This document shows positions 14,545 to 26,497 of a stretch of 64,000 nucleotides of DNA, piece by piece. The notes beneath the pieces are model-generated. The model worked only from the letters and a program-made list of their open reading frames with translations. It was not told where the DNA came from and made no database searches. A program made the position numbers and the translations under genes. Position 1 is the first letter of the stretch, and every line of letters starts with the position of its first letter. The DNA is from Octopus vulgaris (taxonomy: Eukaryota), in contig OX597815.1 in assembly GCA_951406725.2 (NCBI GenBank), positions 46,376,001 through 46,440,000 on the forward strand, written 5' to 3'.

Positions 14545-15115
14545 GTCTTTATCTTTTATCTGTTTCACTCATTAGACTGCGGCCATGCTGGGGCAGCGCT
14601 TTAAAGGATTTTCTTTTAGTCGGATGCATCGACCCCAATACTTTCGCCGAAACACTAAGTTACGGGGACGTAAATATACCAACATCGGTGGTGGGGCGAA
14701 CACAGGTACAAAGATATCCACGCGCTCATAAAACGGGCTTTTTTCAGTTTCTGTCTACCAAATCCACTCACAAGGCCTTGGTCTTCCCGAGGCTACTGTA
14801 GAAGACGCTTATCCAATGTGGCACGCAGTGGGACTGAACCCGGAACCATGTGGGTGGGAAGTAATCTACTTGCCACACAGACATGCTAAGGTCAAGCAAT
14901 TCTTTTCTACTCTAGGCACAAGACTCGAAATTTTGGGGAAGGGGGCCAGTCGATTAGATCAACTCCAGTACTCAACTGGTACTTAATTTATCGACCCCGA
15001 AAGGATGACAGGCAAAGTCGATCTCGGTGAAATTTGAACTCAGAACGTAATGGCAGACGAAATACCGCTAAGCATTTCACCCGGCGTGCTAACGTTTCTA
15101 CCAGTTCGCCGCCTT
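14545..15115 (-). mobile_element. SINE family B copy (14545-14885) followed by SINE family A copy (14900-15115)
   Basis: Reverse complement matches to both family consensuses. Confidence 0.85.
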
Positions 15116-15339
15116 TTTAAGGTCAAGCAATTAGCAAGCAGATCTGTGGTATTGAGCAGAATATTTGCTGTAACGATATTTCTGCTCCAGCAACACGGCG
15201 CTGAATCTATCTGAAATGTAATGGAAAATAGGTCGGTTTCAAAATATTGATGTCCAGGTCACAAAAGCAACGTTTGAATGGAGAGATACTCTCCCATATA
15301 AATACATATATACATGCATTCATATATATATGAGTTAAG

Positions 15340-15621
15340 CCCTGAGGGACGAATTTGCTATGTACAATGCCACACTTCTGGGTGTGACGCTTGTGGCAGG
15401 TCTTCCAATTCGCTCATCGTCTTCTAGGGATGTTCTTTAACTTTTGAAGCGCCAGTGGTACTTGAATCATTGCATACGACCCTTTGCCTTGTTGCCGTAA
15501 GCTTGCCGAAGCTTGCTCAATGTCTGTAGCAGACTTACCACGTTTGGCGTAAAATTTTTTGTTGGCTCTTTGTTCCTGTCCACGACAAAATTGCAGACTA
15601 CAGCATACACGTGTATGCTGT
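15340..15621 (-). mobile_element. Mariner transposase N-terminal remnant
   Basis: EQRANKKFYAKRGKSAT ... RTSLEDDERIGRPATS after frameshifts, typical mariner HTH region. Confidence 0.7.
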
Positions 15622-15696
15622 TGTTCCAGGATCCTAAACAATAATTGTTGATGTATGTCTTTCCGTGATCCTAAACGAGGGTTTTTGGTTGGAGAG

Positions 15697-16110
15697 GTGC
15701 AACCAAAAATATTCGTTTAGGATCCTGGAAAGACGTTATGCCACGTCCTTGGCCAGCCACGTTTGACCCTGAAGGACGATGGGCATTCACATGTAACCGC
15801 ATGGAAAATTCTAGCAAAATCAAGTCCCTACATCAACGGGAACAAACGTTACGAGCTGTGCATAGCGGAACGGGTTCGGATATTAAAGAACTTTCGCGAT
15901 CCGGGGAACATTTGAAATTCCCGGACGCAAGTCTTCGGACCTTGTTTAACTTCAGGCGATTCCTACTGAAATCCTGGGACCTGCAAACTGACTGGATGGA
16001 TTCCAGATAGTGGTCTAAGGGAGACAATCCCTTGCGCTTGACCAATTACTTTCCGAAATTGTTGCACTACGTCGCTTTTATATTTTCGTGCATTGAATAC
16101 CCTGACACAA
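15697..16110 (+). mobile_element. Penelope-like element (Naiad-type) 3' fragment, C-terminal GIY-YIG half
   Basis: Joined frames read NQKYSF...TSLASHV(W)TLKD...WKILAKSSPYINGNKRYELCIAE...NSRTQVFGPC, matching the NHxxSF / TxLxxxxWxLK / WxIL / CxLCxxE / NxRxE pattern. Confidence 0.7.
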
Positions 16111-16257
16111 GTTTTAAACAACAGATTTTATAATAAATAAACAGTTATCAGCTCTAAAATATTGAATGACACACTTTAAAATGGACAACCATATTTGACG
16201 ACTGCGATGGCGTGCAAAGGGAATGAAAATTCTAAAATACAAGCTTGAAATTGGGTA

Positions 16258-16810
16258 GAAGAAGAAGAAGAAGAAGAAGAAGAAGAAGAAGAAGAAGAAG
16301 AAGAAGAAGAAGAAGAAGAAGAAGAAGAAGGAACAGGAGGAAGGAGGAGGCGGAGGAGGAAGGGAGAAGAAGAAGAGCAAAGGGGAGAGACAAAGAGGAA
16401 GAGGGAAGGAGAACGAAGAGGAGAAAAAAAGGAGGAGCAGGAGAAGGACAAAAACAGTTACGAAAATAAAATAAAAAGAGAATTGGAGAAGAAGAGGAGA
16501 GGATGAGAGGGAAGAGAGGAAGCGAAGGAGGTAAAGAAAGGAAAAAGAGGTGGAGGAGGAGAAGGAGGAGAAAATGAAGACGAAGAAGAGGGGAGGAAAA
16601 AGAAGAGGGGAAAGATAGTGATGAAAAAAGAAGAATAAGAGAGAGAAGAGAAGGAAGAAGTAGAAGATGAGGAAGAGAGGGTGAGAAAGACGAAAAGAAA
16701 AGAAGATGAAGGACAAGAAGAAAAGGACGAGAACAACAACAACAGAAAAAATTTACTAATCGCAAGAACAAACATCATCATCAACAATAACAAGAAGAAC
16801 AACAAAAGGG
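16258..16810. repeat. (GAA)n followed by a degenerate purine-rich tract
   Basis: Direct reading; almost pure purine on plus to about 16730. Confidence 0.95.
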
Positions 16811-17077
16811 TAAGAACCAATGACAAGGCGACGACAGCGAGTCTTCAGCTGAAACCAGTCAATAATATTTGAGTCAAATTTGGAAGTGACGACGATTCTG
16901 TCAAATGTCCTTTCTCTTCCTGAAAAGAAAATATTTTTCTTTCCGTCTTTGCTTCCATGATTTCTGACATTTATCTGTTATCCTTTATTTCTTTAAGTCA
17001 TGAGAATGAGGCCATGCTGGGGCACCACCTTGAAGAGTTTTTAGTCGAACGAATCGAGCCCCAGTGCTTTTTTTTAA

Positions 17078-17480
17078 GCGCAGGAGTGGCTGTGTGGTAA
17101 GTAGTCTGCTTACAAACCGCATAGTTCCGGGTTCAGTCCCACTGCGTGGCACCTTGGGCAAGTGCCTTCTACTATAGCCTCGGACCGAACAAAGCCTAGT
17201 GACTGGATTTGGTAGATGGAAACTGAAAGAAGCCCGTCGTATATATGTATATGTATATATGTGTGTTTGTTTGTGTGTCTGTGTTTGTCCCCCAACATCG
17301 CTTGACAACCGATGCTGGTGTGTTTACGTCCCCCGTAACTTAGCGGTTCGGCAAAAGAGACCGATAGAATATGTACTAGGCTTACAAAGAATACGTCCTG
17401 GGGTCGATTTCCTCGACTAAAGGCGGTGCTTTAACATGACCGCAGTCAAATGATTGAAACAATAAAAAGAGTAAAAGAGT
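17078..17480 (+). mobile_element. SINE family B, full length with internal TA/TG microsatellite
   Basis: A box TGGCTGTGTGG, B box GGGTTCAGTCCC, CORE-like CCTTGGGCAAGTG, tail ...GAAACAATAAAAAGAG then (TA)n. Confidence 0.9.
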
Positions 17481-17482
17481 AT

Positions 17483-17576
<94 letters not shown>

Positions 17577-17863
17577 CATTAATAAATCTCTGAACGAGAT
17601 ATAAACAGTAACCGCTCGACAACGTAAAGTGTACTAGCCATCTGAATTTGGCTAGCCACTGGGGGTGGGGTGTTACTGATGCTTTTAGCCTCAGGTGATC
17701 AATGTCACTAGCTGGCCTTAGACAAAATTTCAGTGCTCTTGTGTTATTTGCAAAGGGAGGTCATCCTCTCTCGAAAACCTAAGTGATACATACGGACTAT
17801 AGTTTCAAGGTAATTGCCTCTCGTCAACGCATGGTAAACACCGGTTTCGATTATATATATATA

Positions 17864-17939
<76 letters not shown>

Positions 17940-18129
17940 CTTTACTCTCTTTTACTTGTTTCAGCCATTTAACTGCGGCCATGCTGGAGCACCGCCTTTA
18001 GTCGAGCAAATCGACCCCGGGACTTATTCTTTGTAAGCCCAGTACTTATTCTATCGGTCTCTTTTTGCCGAACCGCTAAGTGACGGGGACGTAAACACAC
18101 CAGCTAGGGGGACAAACACAGACACACAA

Positions 18130-18162
<33 letters not shown>

Positions 18163-18330
18163 CATATATACGACAGGCTTCTTTCAGTTTCCGTCTACCA
18201 AATCCACTCACAAGGCATTGGTCGGCCCGGGGCTATAGCAGAAGACACTTGCCCAAGGTGCCACGCAGTGGGACTGAACCCGGAACCATGTGGTTGATTA
18301 GCAAGCTACTTACCACACAGCTACTCCTGC
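17940..18330 (-). mobile_element. SINE family B, full length
   Basis: Reverse complement of the 17078 copy. Confidence 0.9.
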
Positions 18331-18332
18331 AC

Positions 18333-18375
<43 letters not shown>

Positions 18376-18380
18376 ATAAA

Positions 18381-18707
18381 ATATTAGGGAATAAATCCAA
18401 ACTTACAGGGAAAAATCAGATTTAGGATTGAATCCAATTTTATAGTAAAATATTATATTATATCAAATTAGAGATAAAACCACTATTAGGTAAATCATAC
18501 AATAAAAAACTTAAGCCAATACATAAGATTAATTAATTTGTATTATTTAAATATATCAAATTATTAAAAAAGATAATTAATATAACACTACGATCGTATA
18601 TCTTTTTTAATAATTTGATATATTTAAATAATATAAATTAATTAATCTTATGTATTGGCTTAAGTTTTTTATTGTATGATTTACCTAATAGTGGTTTTAT
18701 CTCTAAT
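18381..18707. mobile_element. (TA)n-embedded fold-back element with 109-bp inverted arms
   Basis: Arms 18467-18575 and 18599-18707, one mismatch seen, 23-nt loop; homologous to 56083-56399. Confidence 0.85.
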
Positions 18708-18714
18708 ATAATAT

Positions 18715-18777
<63 letters not shown>

Positions 18778-18782
<5 letters not shown>

Positions 18783-18955
18783 AAAAACGGTAAGATAACA
18801 AAAGAAAGAGACCTCAATATTATGTAAATAGAGGAAATTTATCTGTAAAATAATATGTGACAATTATTCAATAGCGAAGATAAAACTCTGTGTTTCGGAT
18901 GCCGAAACTCAGAGTTTTATCTTGGCTATTGAATAATTGTCACATATTATTTTAC

Positions 18956-18960
<5 letters not shown>
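18778..18960. mobile_element. (TA)n-embedded fold-back element with 59-bp inverted arms
   Basis: Arms 18840-18898 and 18902-18960, two mismatches, 3-nt loop next to CCGAAAC. Confidence 0.85.
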
Positions 18961-19021
<61 letters not shown>

Positions 19022-19034
19022 TTATTCTTTTATT

Positions 19035-19217
19035 TTTTATTCTATTTGTTTTAGTTATTTGACTGCGTCATGCTGGAGCACCGCCTTTAAGGGTTAGTAT
19101 TTATTCTATCGGTCACTTTTGTCGAAACGCTAAGTTACGGGGACGTAAACACACCAACACCAGTTGTCAAGTGATGGTGCGGGGACAAACACAAACAAAA
19201 ACACACACGCACGCACA

Positions 19218-19297
<80 letters not shown>

Positions 19298-19750
19298 CGA
19301 CGGGCTTCTTTCAGTTTCTGTCTACCAAATCCACTCACAAGGCCTTGGTCGATCTTAGGCTATAGTAGAAGACACTTGCCCAAGGTGCCACGCAGAGGGA
19401 CTGGACTCGGGACCATGTGGTTCGGAAGCAAACTTCTTACCACACAGCCACGCCTGCACATGTATACATGTGTACGTATGTGTGTGATTGCGCATGAATG
19501 TCATTGTGAGTGCGCTTGCTCCCCGTTCCACCGCTTGACAACCGGTGTTGGTTTGTTTATGTCTCCACAATTTAGCAGTTCGGTCGAGAACAAAAATAAA
19601 ACCAAAAGCCAAAAGAAAAAAAGAAGGAAGCATAGAATAAGTGCCAGCTTGAAAAAAAAAGTACTGCGGTTGATTTGTTCGACTAAAACCCTTCGAAGCA
19701 GTGCCCCAGCATGGCCGCAGTCCAAGGACTAAAACAAGTGCAAGGTAAAC
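19035..19750. mobile_element. SINE family B copies (minus 19035-19456; plus 3' half about 19500-19750)
   Basis: Matches to family consensus. Confidence 0.8.
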
Positions 19751-19892
19751 GGTAATACAAATGACAGGCTTTTCACTGTTGGTGATGTTGGTCGTTGTGA
19801 TGGCTGTGACGGTTATGGGGGGAATGGTGTTGGTAGTGATGGTAGCAGTGATGGTGCGGGTGGTCGAGGTGTGGCGACGGTGATGTTAATAA

Positions 19893-20486
19893 CTTTTCTA
19901 CTCTAGGCACAAGGCCCGAAATTTTGGGGGAGGGGGCCAGTCGATTAGATCGACTCCAGTACGCAACTGGTATTTAATTTATCGACCCGAAAGGATGAAA
20001 GGCAAAGTCGATCTCGGCGGAATTTGAACTCAGAACACAAAGACAGACGAAATACCGCTAAGCATTTCGCCCGGCGTGCTAACGTTTCTTATTTCTTTAT
20101 TGCCCACAAGGGGCTAAACATAGAGGGGACAAACAAGGATAGACAAAGGGATTAAGTCGATTACATCGACACCAGTGCCTAACTGGTATTTAATTTATCG
20201 ACCCCGAAAGGATGACAGGCATAGTCAACTTCGGTGGAATTTGAACTCAGAACGTAACGGCAGACGAAATACCTATTTCTTTACTGCCCACAAGGGGCTA
20301 AACACAGAGAAAACAAACAAGGACAGACAAACGGATTAAGTCGATTATATCGACCCCAGTGCGTAACTGGTACTTATTTAATCGACCCCGTAAGGATGAA
20401 AGTCAAAGTCGACCACGGCGGAAACTCAGACGAAATACCGCTGAGCATTTCGCCCGGCGTGCTAACGTTTCTGCCAGCTCGCCGTC
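19893..20486 (-). mobile_element. SINE family A tandem trimer
   Basis: Three central domains; junctions near 20088 and 20272. Confidence 0.85.
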
Positions 20487-20564
20487 TTAGTGATGGTAAA
20501 ATGTTGTAGAAGTCACTCTAGAGTTGATGGTATTATTGCTACGTAATAACAGACAAACAGACAG

Positions 20565-21060
20565 ACAGCAATGGTGGCGGTATACATTTGTTTTGTTCAT
20601 ATCGGTGGTGGAGGTGGTGGTGGTGCCGGTGGTGACAATGGTTATGGGGGGGGGGGATGATAATAGTGGTAGTGGTGAAGTCATTCTGATGGTGGAGTCG
20701 GTGGTGGCGGTGGTGCTGGTGATGATGGCAATTTGATGGTAGTGATAGTGGTGGTGGTGGTGATGATGGTGGTGGCCATGGTGGCAATGGCGATGATGGT
20801 GACAGTAAGGCGTGATAGTGGTGGTGGTGCTGGTAGTGGTGATAATGGGGTGATGGTGATGGTGATGATGGTGGTGATACTGATGGTGTAGGTGATGGTG
20901 ATAGTGGTGATAGTAATGGTGGTGGTGGTAGTGGTAACGGTGGTGGTGATTGTGATGGTAGTGGTTGTGGGGTGGTGAAGGTGATGGGGGTGGTGGAGGA
21001 AATGATGGTTGTGCTGGTGATGGTGGTGGTGGTGGTGGTGGTGTTGCTGATGGTGATATA
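20565..21060. repeat. Degenerate (GGT/GAT)n low-complexity tract
   Basis: Direct reading; source of the Pro/His/Thr-rich ORFs. Confidence 0.9.
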
Positions 21061-21299
21061 AGAGAGGAAGGATGTTAGCGCCGATGTCAATGTTGATTCT
21101 ATTATTGGAATAATTTAAACAAAAATCAAGAAAAATAACTCAGTTTGACCTGTGGCACGTATTTGAACAGCACAGACAAATACAGTAAAATCAACCTAGG
21201 TCAACCCTAAGACATTCCAGCCGTGACCATCCGGTCTCTTTATGGCTGCTACTTTATCCAGTGTGTGTGTATTATTTTATGTTTTATATATTTGATATT

Positions 21300-21935
21300 T
21301 TTTACTTGTTTCAGTTATTAGACGACGACCATGCTGAGGCACTGCCTTGAAGAATTTCTTTTAGTCGAATGAATCTACCCCAGTAATTATATATATATAT
21401 ATAAAGTACGGTACTTATTATATCGGTGTCTTTTCCCGAACCGCTAAGTTACAGGAACATAAGCACACCAGCACCGGTTGTGAAGCGGTGGGGCGGGGCA
21501 GGAAAACAAACACAGAAAGTCACTCACTCACACACACATTTTTAAATAAGAGGAATAAAGCAACCTTGGTTATTGTATTCCTCGATACAGATCTCTAAGG
21601 GCGCTTGATCGTCTAGAGATGGTAGAAGTGGTTTTATGGTATGAAGCTTGCTTCCCAACCACATGGTTCCGAGTTCACTCCCACTGCGTGGTACCTTCGA
21701 CAAGTGTTTTCTACTATAGCTTCGGGCCGACCAAAGCCTTGTGAGTAGATCTGTAGATATACATACGACGGGCTTCTTTCAGCTTCCGACACCAAATTTA
21801 CACATCTACTCACAAGACTTTGGTTGGTCCGAGGCTATAGTATAAGACACTTGCCCAAGATACCACGCAATTGTATTGAACCAAGAACCATGTGGCTGGG
21901 AAGCAAGCACCTTACCATAAAATCACGTCTGCGCC
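21300..21935. mobile_element. Nested SINE family B fragments in both orientations
   Basis: Minus 21300-21540, plus 21625-21755, minus 21765-21935. Confidence 0.75.
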
Positions 21936-22628
21936 TATGTGTTTGCGTATGTGTTTTTCTTACTGAAGGTCTTTGTGATTTGAGGTAAATGTAACTACCA
22001 TTTCTAGACGGTCAAGCATTCTTAGAAATCTGTATCCAGGAATACGAAAACCAACGTTCCTTTTTCCCCCTTATTTTAGAATAATATTTTTGATTTGAGG
22101 GATGTCTAGCTGCTATTTCTAGTCCGTTATGTGCTCTTACAGATGCTCTCTTGTTGAGTCGTTGGTGATGATGGTGGTAACGGAAGTGAGGATGATATTG
22201 GTGCTAACAGCAGTGCTAGTGGTGACGGCTCTGGTGGTGGCGGTGGCGGAAGCACTGGCAGTGGTAGTGGTGGCAGATGCATTGGTTGTTTAGGGCGGTG
22301 CTGTTAGTGGTGTCGACGGCGTTGCTGAAGTGTTGGTGATAGTAACGATGATGATGTTGGTGATGCTGTTGGTGGTGTTTGTGTTAATGGCGATGGTGAT
22401 GGTGGTGGCGGTGGTGGTTTTGGTGATGGTATTGGTGGTAAGCAACTTGCTGCATATAATAGACATTATGGCACCTTTCTACCTGGGTGTCACTGTTGAT
22501 TCAAACTATATAAATACATATGTAAATAAACACCCGACTCTACCCGGTCTAAATATTAATCCGGCAGCTGGCGTAAACGAAGAAAAGAAAAGACACATCG
22601 GTTTGACACTGTCTCATACGATCTCTCC

Positions 22629-22659
<31 letters not shown>

Positions 22660-22708
22660 TCGTACACACACTTACACACACATATACACACACATACAAA
22701 CACACACT

Positions 22709-22748
<40 letters not shown>

Positions 22749-22968
22749 TGCAAGCATATCTATATATCCGTATGCGTGTGCGTCAGTGTATATATGTGTG
22801 TAAGCAAAAATTGTTACACGCCATTGTATTCGATAATATACACATATAAGCAAAAATTTTACACATTGCTGAATACAAGTATAAATACACAATCGCACAT
22901 GCATATGTGTGTCCGTTTAATCATGTGTGTGTGTGTAAATATTGTAAATATATATGCATATATGTGTG

Positions 22969-23014
<46 letters not shown>

Positions 23015-23044
23015 GTATATGCATGCATATATATATGAATATAC

Positions 23045-23205
23045 AGGCGCAGCCGTGGGCGTGTGGTAAGTTGCTTGCTTCCCAACCACATGGTTCCGGG
23101 TTCAGCCCCACTGCGTGGCACCTTAGACAAATGTCTTCTACTAAAGCCTCGGGTCGGCCAAAGCCTTGTGAGTTGATTTGGTAGACAGAAACTGGAAGAA
23201 GCCCG

Positions 23206-23206
<1 letters not shown>
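23045..23206 (+). mobile_element. SINE family B, 5' half
   Basis: Match to consensus, ends in (TA)n. Confidence 0.85.
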
Positions 23207-23257
<51 letters not shown>

Positions 23258-23259
23258 AT

Positions 23260-23590
23260 ATATTTCTTCTAGCGTTCACTGTTTCCTCTCGTTCTGGTCT
23301 AACGACCTTCAATGCTTGTTTTCGCTCGTTTTCCCTGCTTTTGTTTCTGGCTTTGACCCTCCATAATTTGAATTTATGGGAGCAACTGCCTTTGAAAACT
23401 CATATTGTCGTTGAATGCTCGAAATGGGATGTAGATAGACAGCCGACAGGTGATGGAGGGTCCTTTCTCTGTGGTTACTTGTCCTGTTTTCCATATTTTT
23501 CTCGTTGGTTATGCATTTAACTTGTTTGTTTTCGTATTTCATGTTTATTGCACAGTTAGTGATGTCCTGTATCCATAAATGCATATAAAT
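23260..23590 (+). mobile_element. (TA)n-flanked non-coding repeat, probably PLE-derived
   Basis: GGGAGCAACTG...AATGCTCGAAAT...TGATG(G/A)AGGGTC homologous to the reverse complement of 51830-52070. Confidence 0.6.
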
Positions 23591-23597
23591 ATATATT

Positions 23598-23698
<101 letters not shown>

Positions 23699-23733
23699 CT
23701 ATATATATGTATATATATTAATATATACATATG

Positions 23734-23766
<33 letters not shown>

Positions 23767-23963
23767 CAATATCTATCTATCTATCTATCTAAATATATAT
23801 ATATATATATATAGTCATATCTACTACAAGTTTTGCTAGTCGAAAAGAAAAGGAAACGAAAAACAAATTTTTTTTTTATATGATAGTACAAATATTTATT
23901 CTAGGCAGTATACATGTATAAATAAACGTATAGTTACCTTGTATACTAACCGCATTCTATCAG

Positions 23964-24030
23964 AAAATCATCTACATTTGCTTGTCTAGCACATCGCACC
24001 CGCCATTTGTTTGATTACACTGATCATAGG
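23964..24030 (+). CDS. Candidate 67-nt exon (KSSTFACLAHRTRHLFDYTDHR)
   Basis: TACTAAC branch motif 23944-23950, CAG 23961-23963, G|GTGAGT donor at 24031; frame-compatible with 12283-12329. Alternative acceptor at 23989. Confidence 0.3.
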
Positions 24031-24224
24031 GTGAGTTGAGATCCTTGTCTCCAAACCGCAATGCAGTTCAGGATTGCCAGTGTTTTTAATTCACTATGGC
24101 TCCAGAGATCTGTTTGCCGATCATTCACTTCGACTAAAGAGTGAGATGGGGTGGGGGGAGAAAGAGAAAGAGGGGGGGTAGAGAGAAAGTGAGAGAGAAG
24201 TGATTAAAAATGTGACCAACTTTT

Positions 24225-24780
24225 ATTGCTTAGCAGCAATTCGTCCTTCTTTATGCTCTGAGTTCAAATTCCGCCGAGGTTGACTTTGCCTTTCACCTCT
24301 TCAGATTCGATGAAATAAATACCAGCTGAGCTCTGGGTTCGATGTAATCGAGTAACTCACTCCCTCAAATCTTCAGGCCTTGTGCCTTTAGTAGAAAGAA
24401 TTATTATTGGAATTATTAAGGCGACGAGTTGGCAGAATCGTTAGCATGCCGGACGAAATGCTTAGCGGTCGACTTTGCTTTCCATCCTTTCGGAGCCGAT
24501 ACCAGTTAAGTACTTGAAATCGATACAATCGGTTTACCCCGAAATTAGTGGCTTTGTGTTGGCCATGATATTGTTAAAGCGGCAAGTTGGCAGAACTGTT
24601 AGCGCCTCGGACAAAATGCTCAACGACATTTCTTTTGACTCTGCATCCTTACTCCAAAACTCGCCGAGTTCAGTTTTATCTTTTATCTTCCTGAGATCGA
24701 TAGAATAATGTACAGAGTCAAGCACTGAGGTCAATGTTATCAAAATTGCTGGTCTTGCGCCGGAATTAGAAAATATTATT
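24225..24780 (+). mobile_element. Three degenerate SINE family A copies
   Basis: Heads and central domains recognisable. Confidence 0.75.
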
Positions 24781-25561
24781 GTTGCTGTTGTTAGGGAGGT
24801 GGATACCCAGGATCGATAGAGCGTCGCACAAAATGCCTTGCGCTATCTCTCCATACTTTTTACATTTTGGTTCTAAACCGCGCCGTATCTTGCTTTCGAC
24901 ATAACGCAGGACACAAACCTTTGCGTGTCTCGTATCTTATCCAAATGATTCACGCCATACAAATTTTAAATACAGTCAACAAAAAATGTCATCCAATACG
25001 ATGGTGCCTATTGATTATATAATACGCTCTCTGTCTTCCTACATGCTATATTAGATGCGTAACATACATAAATGGAGCAGGGAAGACACATTAGAATTCA
25101 GGAATGTAGCTTCATTGCTTGAAGTACGAAGTAATAGAAGATTGAACAATTTACGTGTGCAAAACTTTGGTGCCTGAAGTTGAGAACACATTGGACAGTG
25201 TAATCCGAGAAAAACTGCATCTGAAAGTAAATGAGGATAATCACGACTGTAACGCCTTTGACCATTGGTTTGATTGTTCATACATATATCTTAGCGGATG
25301 AGAGTCGTCTATTATAGGCGTCACAACTGCTAGATCGCGTGTTTTCAGTCTACTGGACCTCCTCGGTAGCAGGCGTCTGGTGATTTCATATCAGTCTTAT
25401 CTCGTTGTTACAATATACAAAATATCAGTGTCCTTTCAGTCGCTGATATTGCAAACAACCAGCAGGTTTTCTTGTTTTTGTTCAGCTGTAGGAGTTCTGA
25501 TCGAGTAGACTATTGTCAAAAATATTTCATCACGTCTAATGTTAAGATCCATAGGTCCGGT

Positions 25562-25610
25562 TACTTGTGACTGACGAGACACAGCATATCGAAACACCGG
25601 TGTCTCAGTA
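25562..25610 (+). ncRNA. Minimal type I hammerhead ribozyme motif
   Basis: CTGACGA (25571-77), GA..TC stem II, GAAAC, palindromic ACACCGGTGT stem III, GTC cleavage triplet (25602-04), short TGA/TCA stem I. Confidence 0.7.
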
Positions 25611-26124
25611 TCCTTTATACTAGTGACGCGAGTGTGTTACAAATACGTAGCCGTCGTAAAAGAGAAGCTCTTCTGCTACGAAGCGAACAACGAAAGGCAT
25701 AGTTGCGTTTGAATCCTTTAGCATTTGGATTACTAAGTCAAACATAATGCTTATTTATTGGAATTGGTTTGAATTAATGGAAGTACATCTTATAGCTTCA
25801 AGATTTCAATGATGCTGATTGTATATTTTTTTAATGATATTTTATGGTTGGTATAAGAGGCCAGTTTGAACATAAAACGTAGAATATATGGATCTGATTT
25901 GGACAGTTTAAATGTTAAAAGGTTAAAAATGAATATGAAAATCATCGTTTGGAATACCGCTGCTCACCGTGCACGTAACGACTTATCAAGTTTTTTGCAA
26001 ATATTGTGTATGTAGGACTACACTGTTTATGGCTACATAATATTATTCAATGTACTTCCATTGTTTTTAATAACAGCATGTTATAATTTAAGAGCGACTT
26101 GACTGCTATTTCTAACATAGTCGC

Positions 26125-26345
26125 AGACGCAGCTGTGTGGTAAGAAGTTTGTTTCTCAGTCACATGTTTCTGGGTTCAGTCTCACTGCGTGGCACCTTGG
26201 GCAAGCGCCTGCTACCACTGCTTCGGGCTGACCGAAGCTTTGTGAGTGGATTTGGTAGAAAGCAGTTTTTTTTTTTTTTTTTTTTTTTTTCAAATATAAA
26301 GTACTGGGAATGGCCACAGTTTAATGACTGAAACGAATAAAAGGT
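26125..26345 (+). mobile_element. SINE family B, internally deleted
   Basis: Head and tail present, middle replaced by poly-T. Confidence 0.7.
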
Positions 26346-26497
26346 AAAGGTAAAATGTAGACTGACAGATAGCACGTTTACTCCTCTTGTCTTCCGGACG
26401 CGTAATGTGTCATCGGCTCCTAAGTTTTAATTCCGTTGTATAGTCTTTACATGTAGAAATCAACCCTGCTATCGTTAGCCACATTTGCTATCATATA

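Noticed and set aside
15657-15734. pre-miRNA interpretation of the hairpin
   Set aside because: One arm is PLE coding sequence, so inversion at a truncation point explains it.
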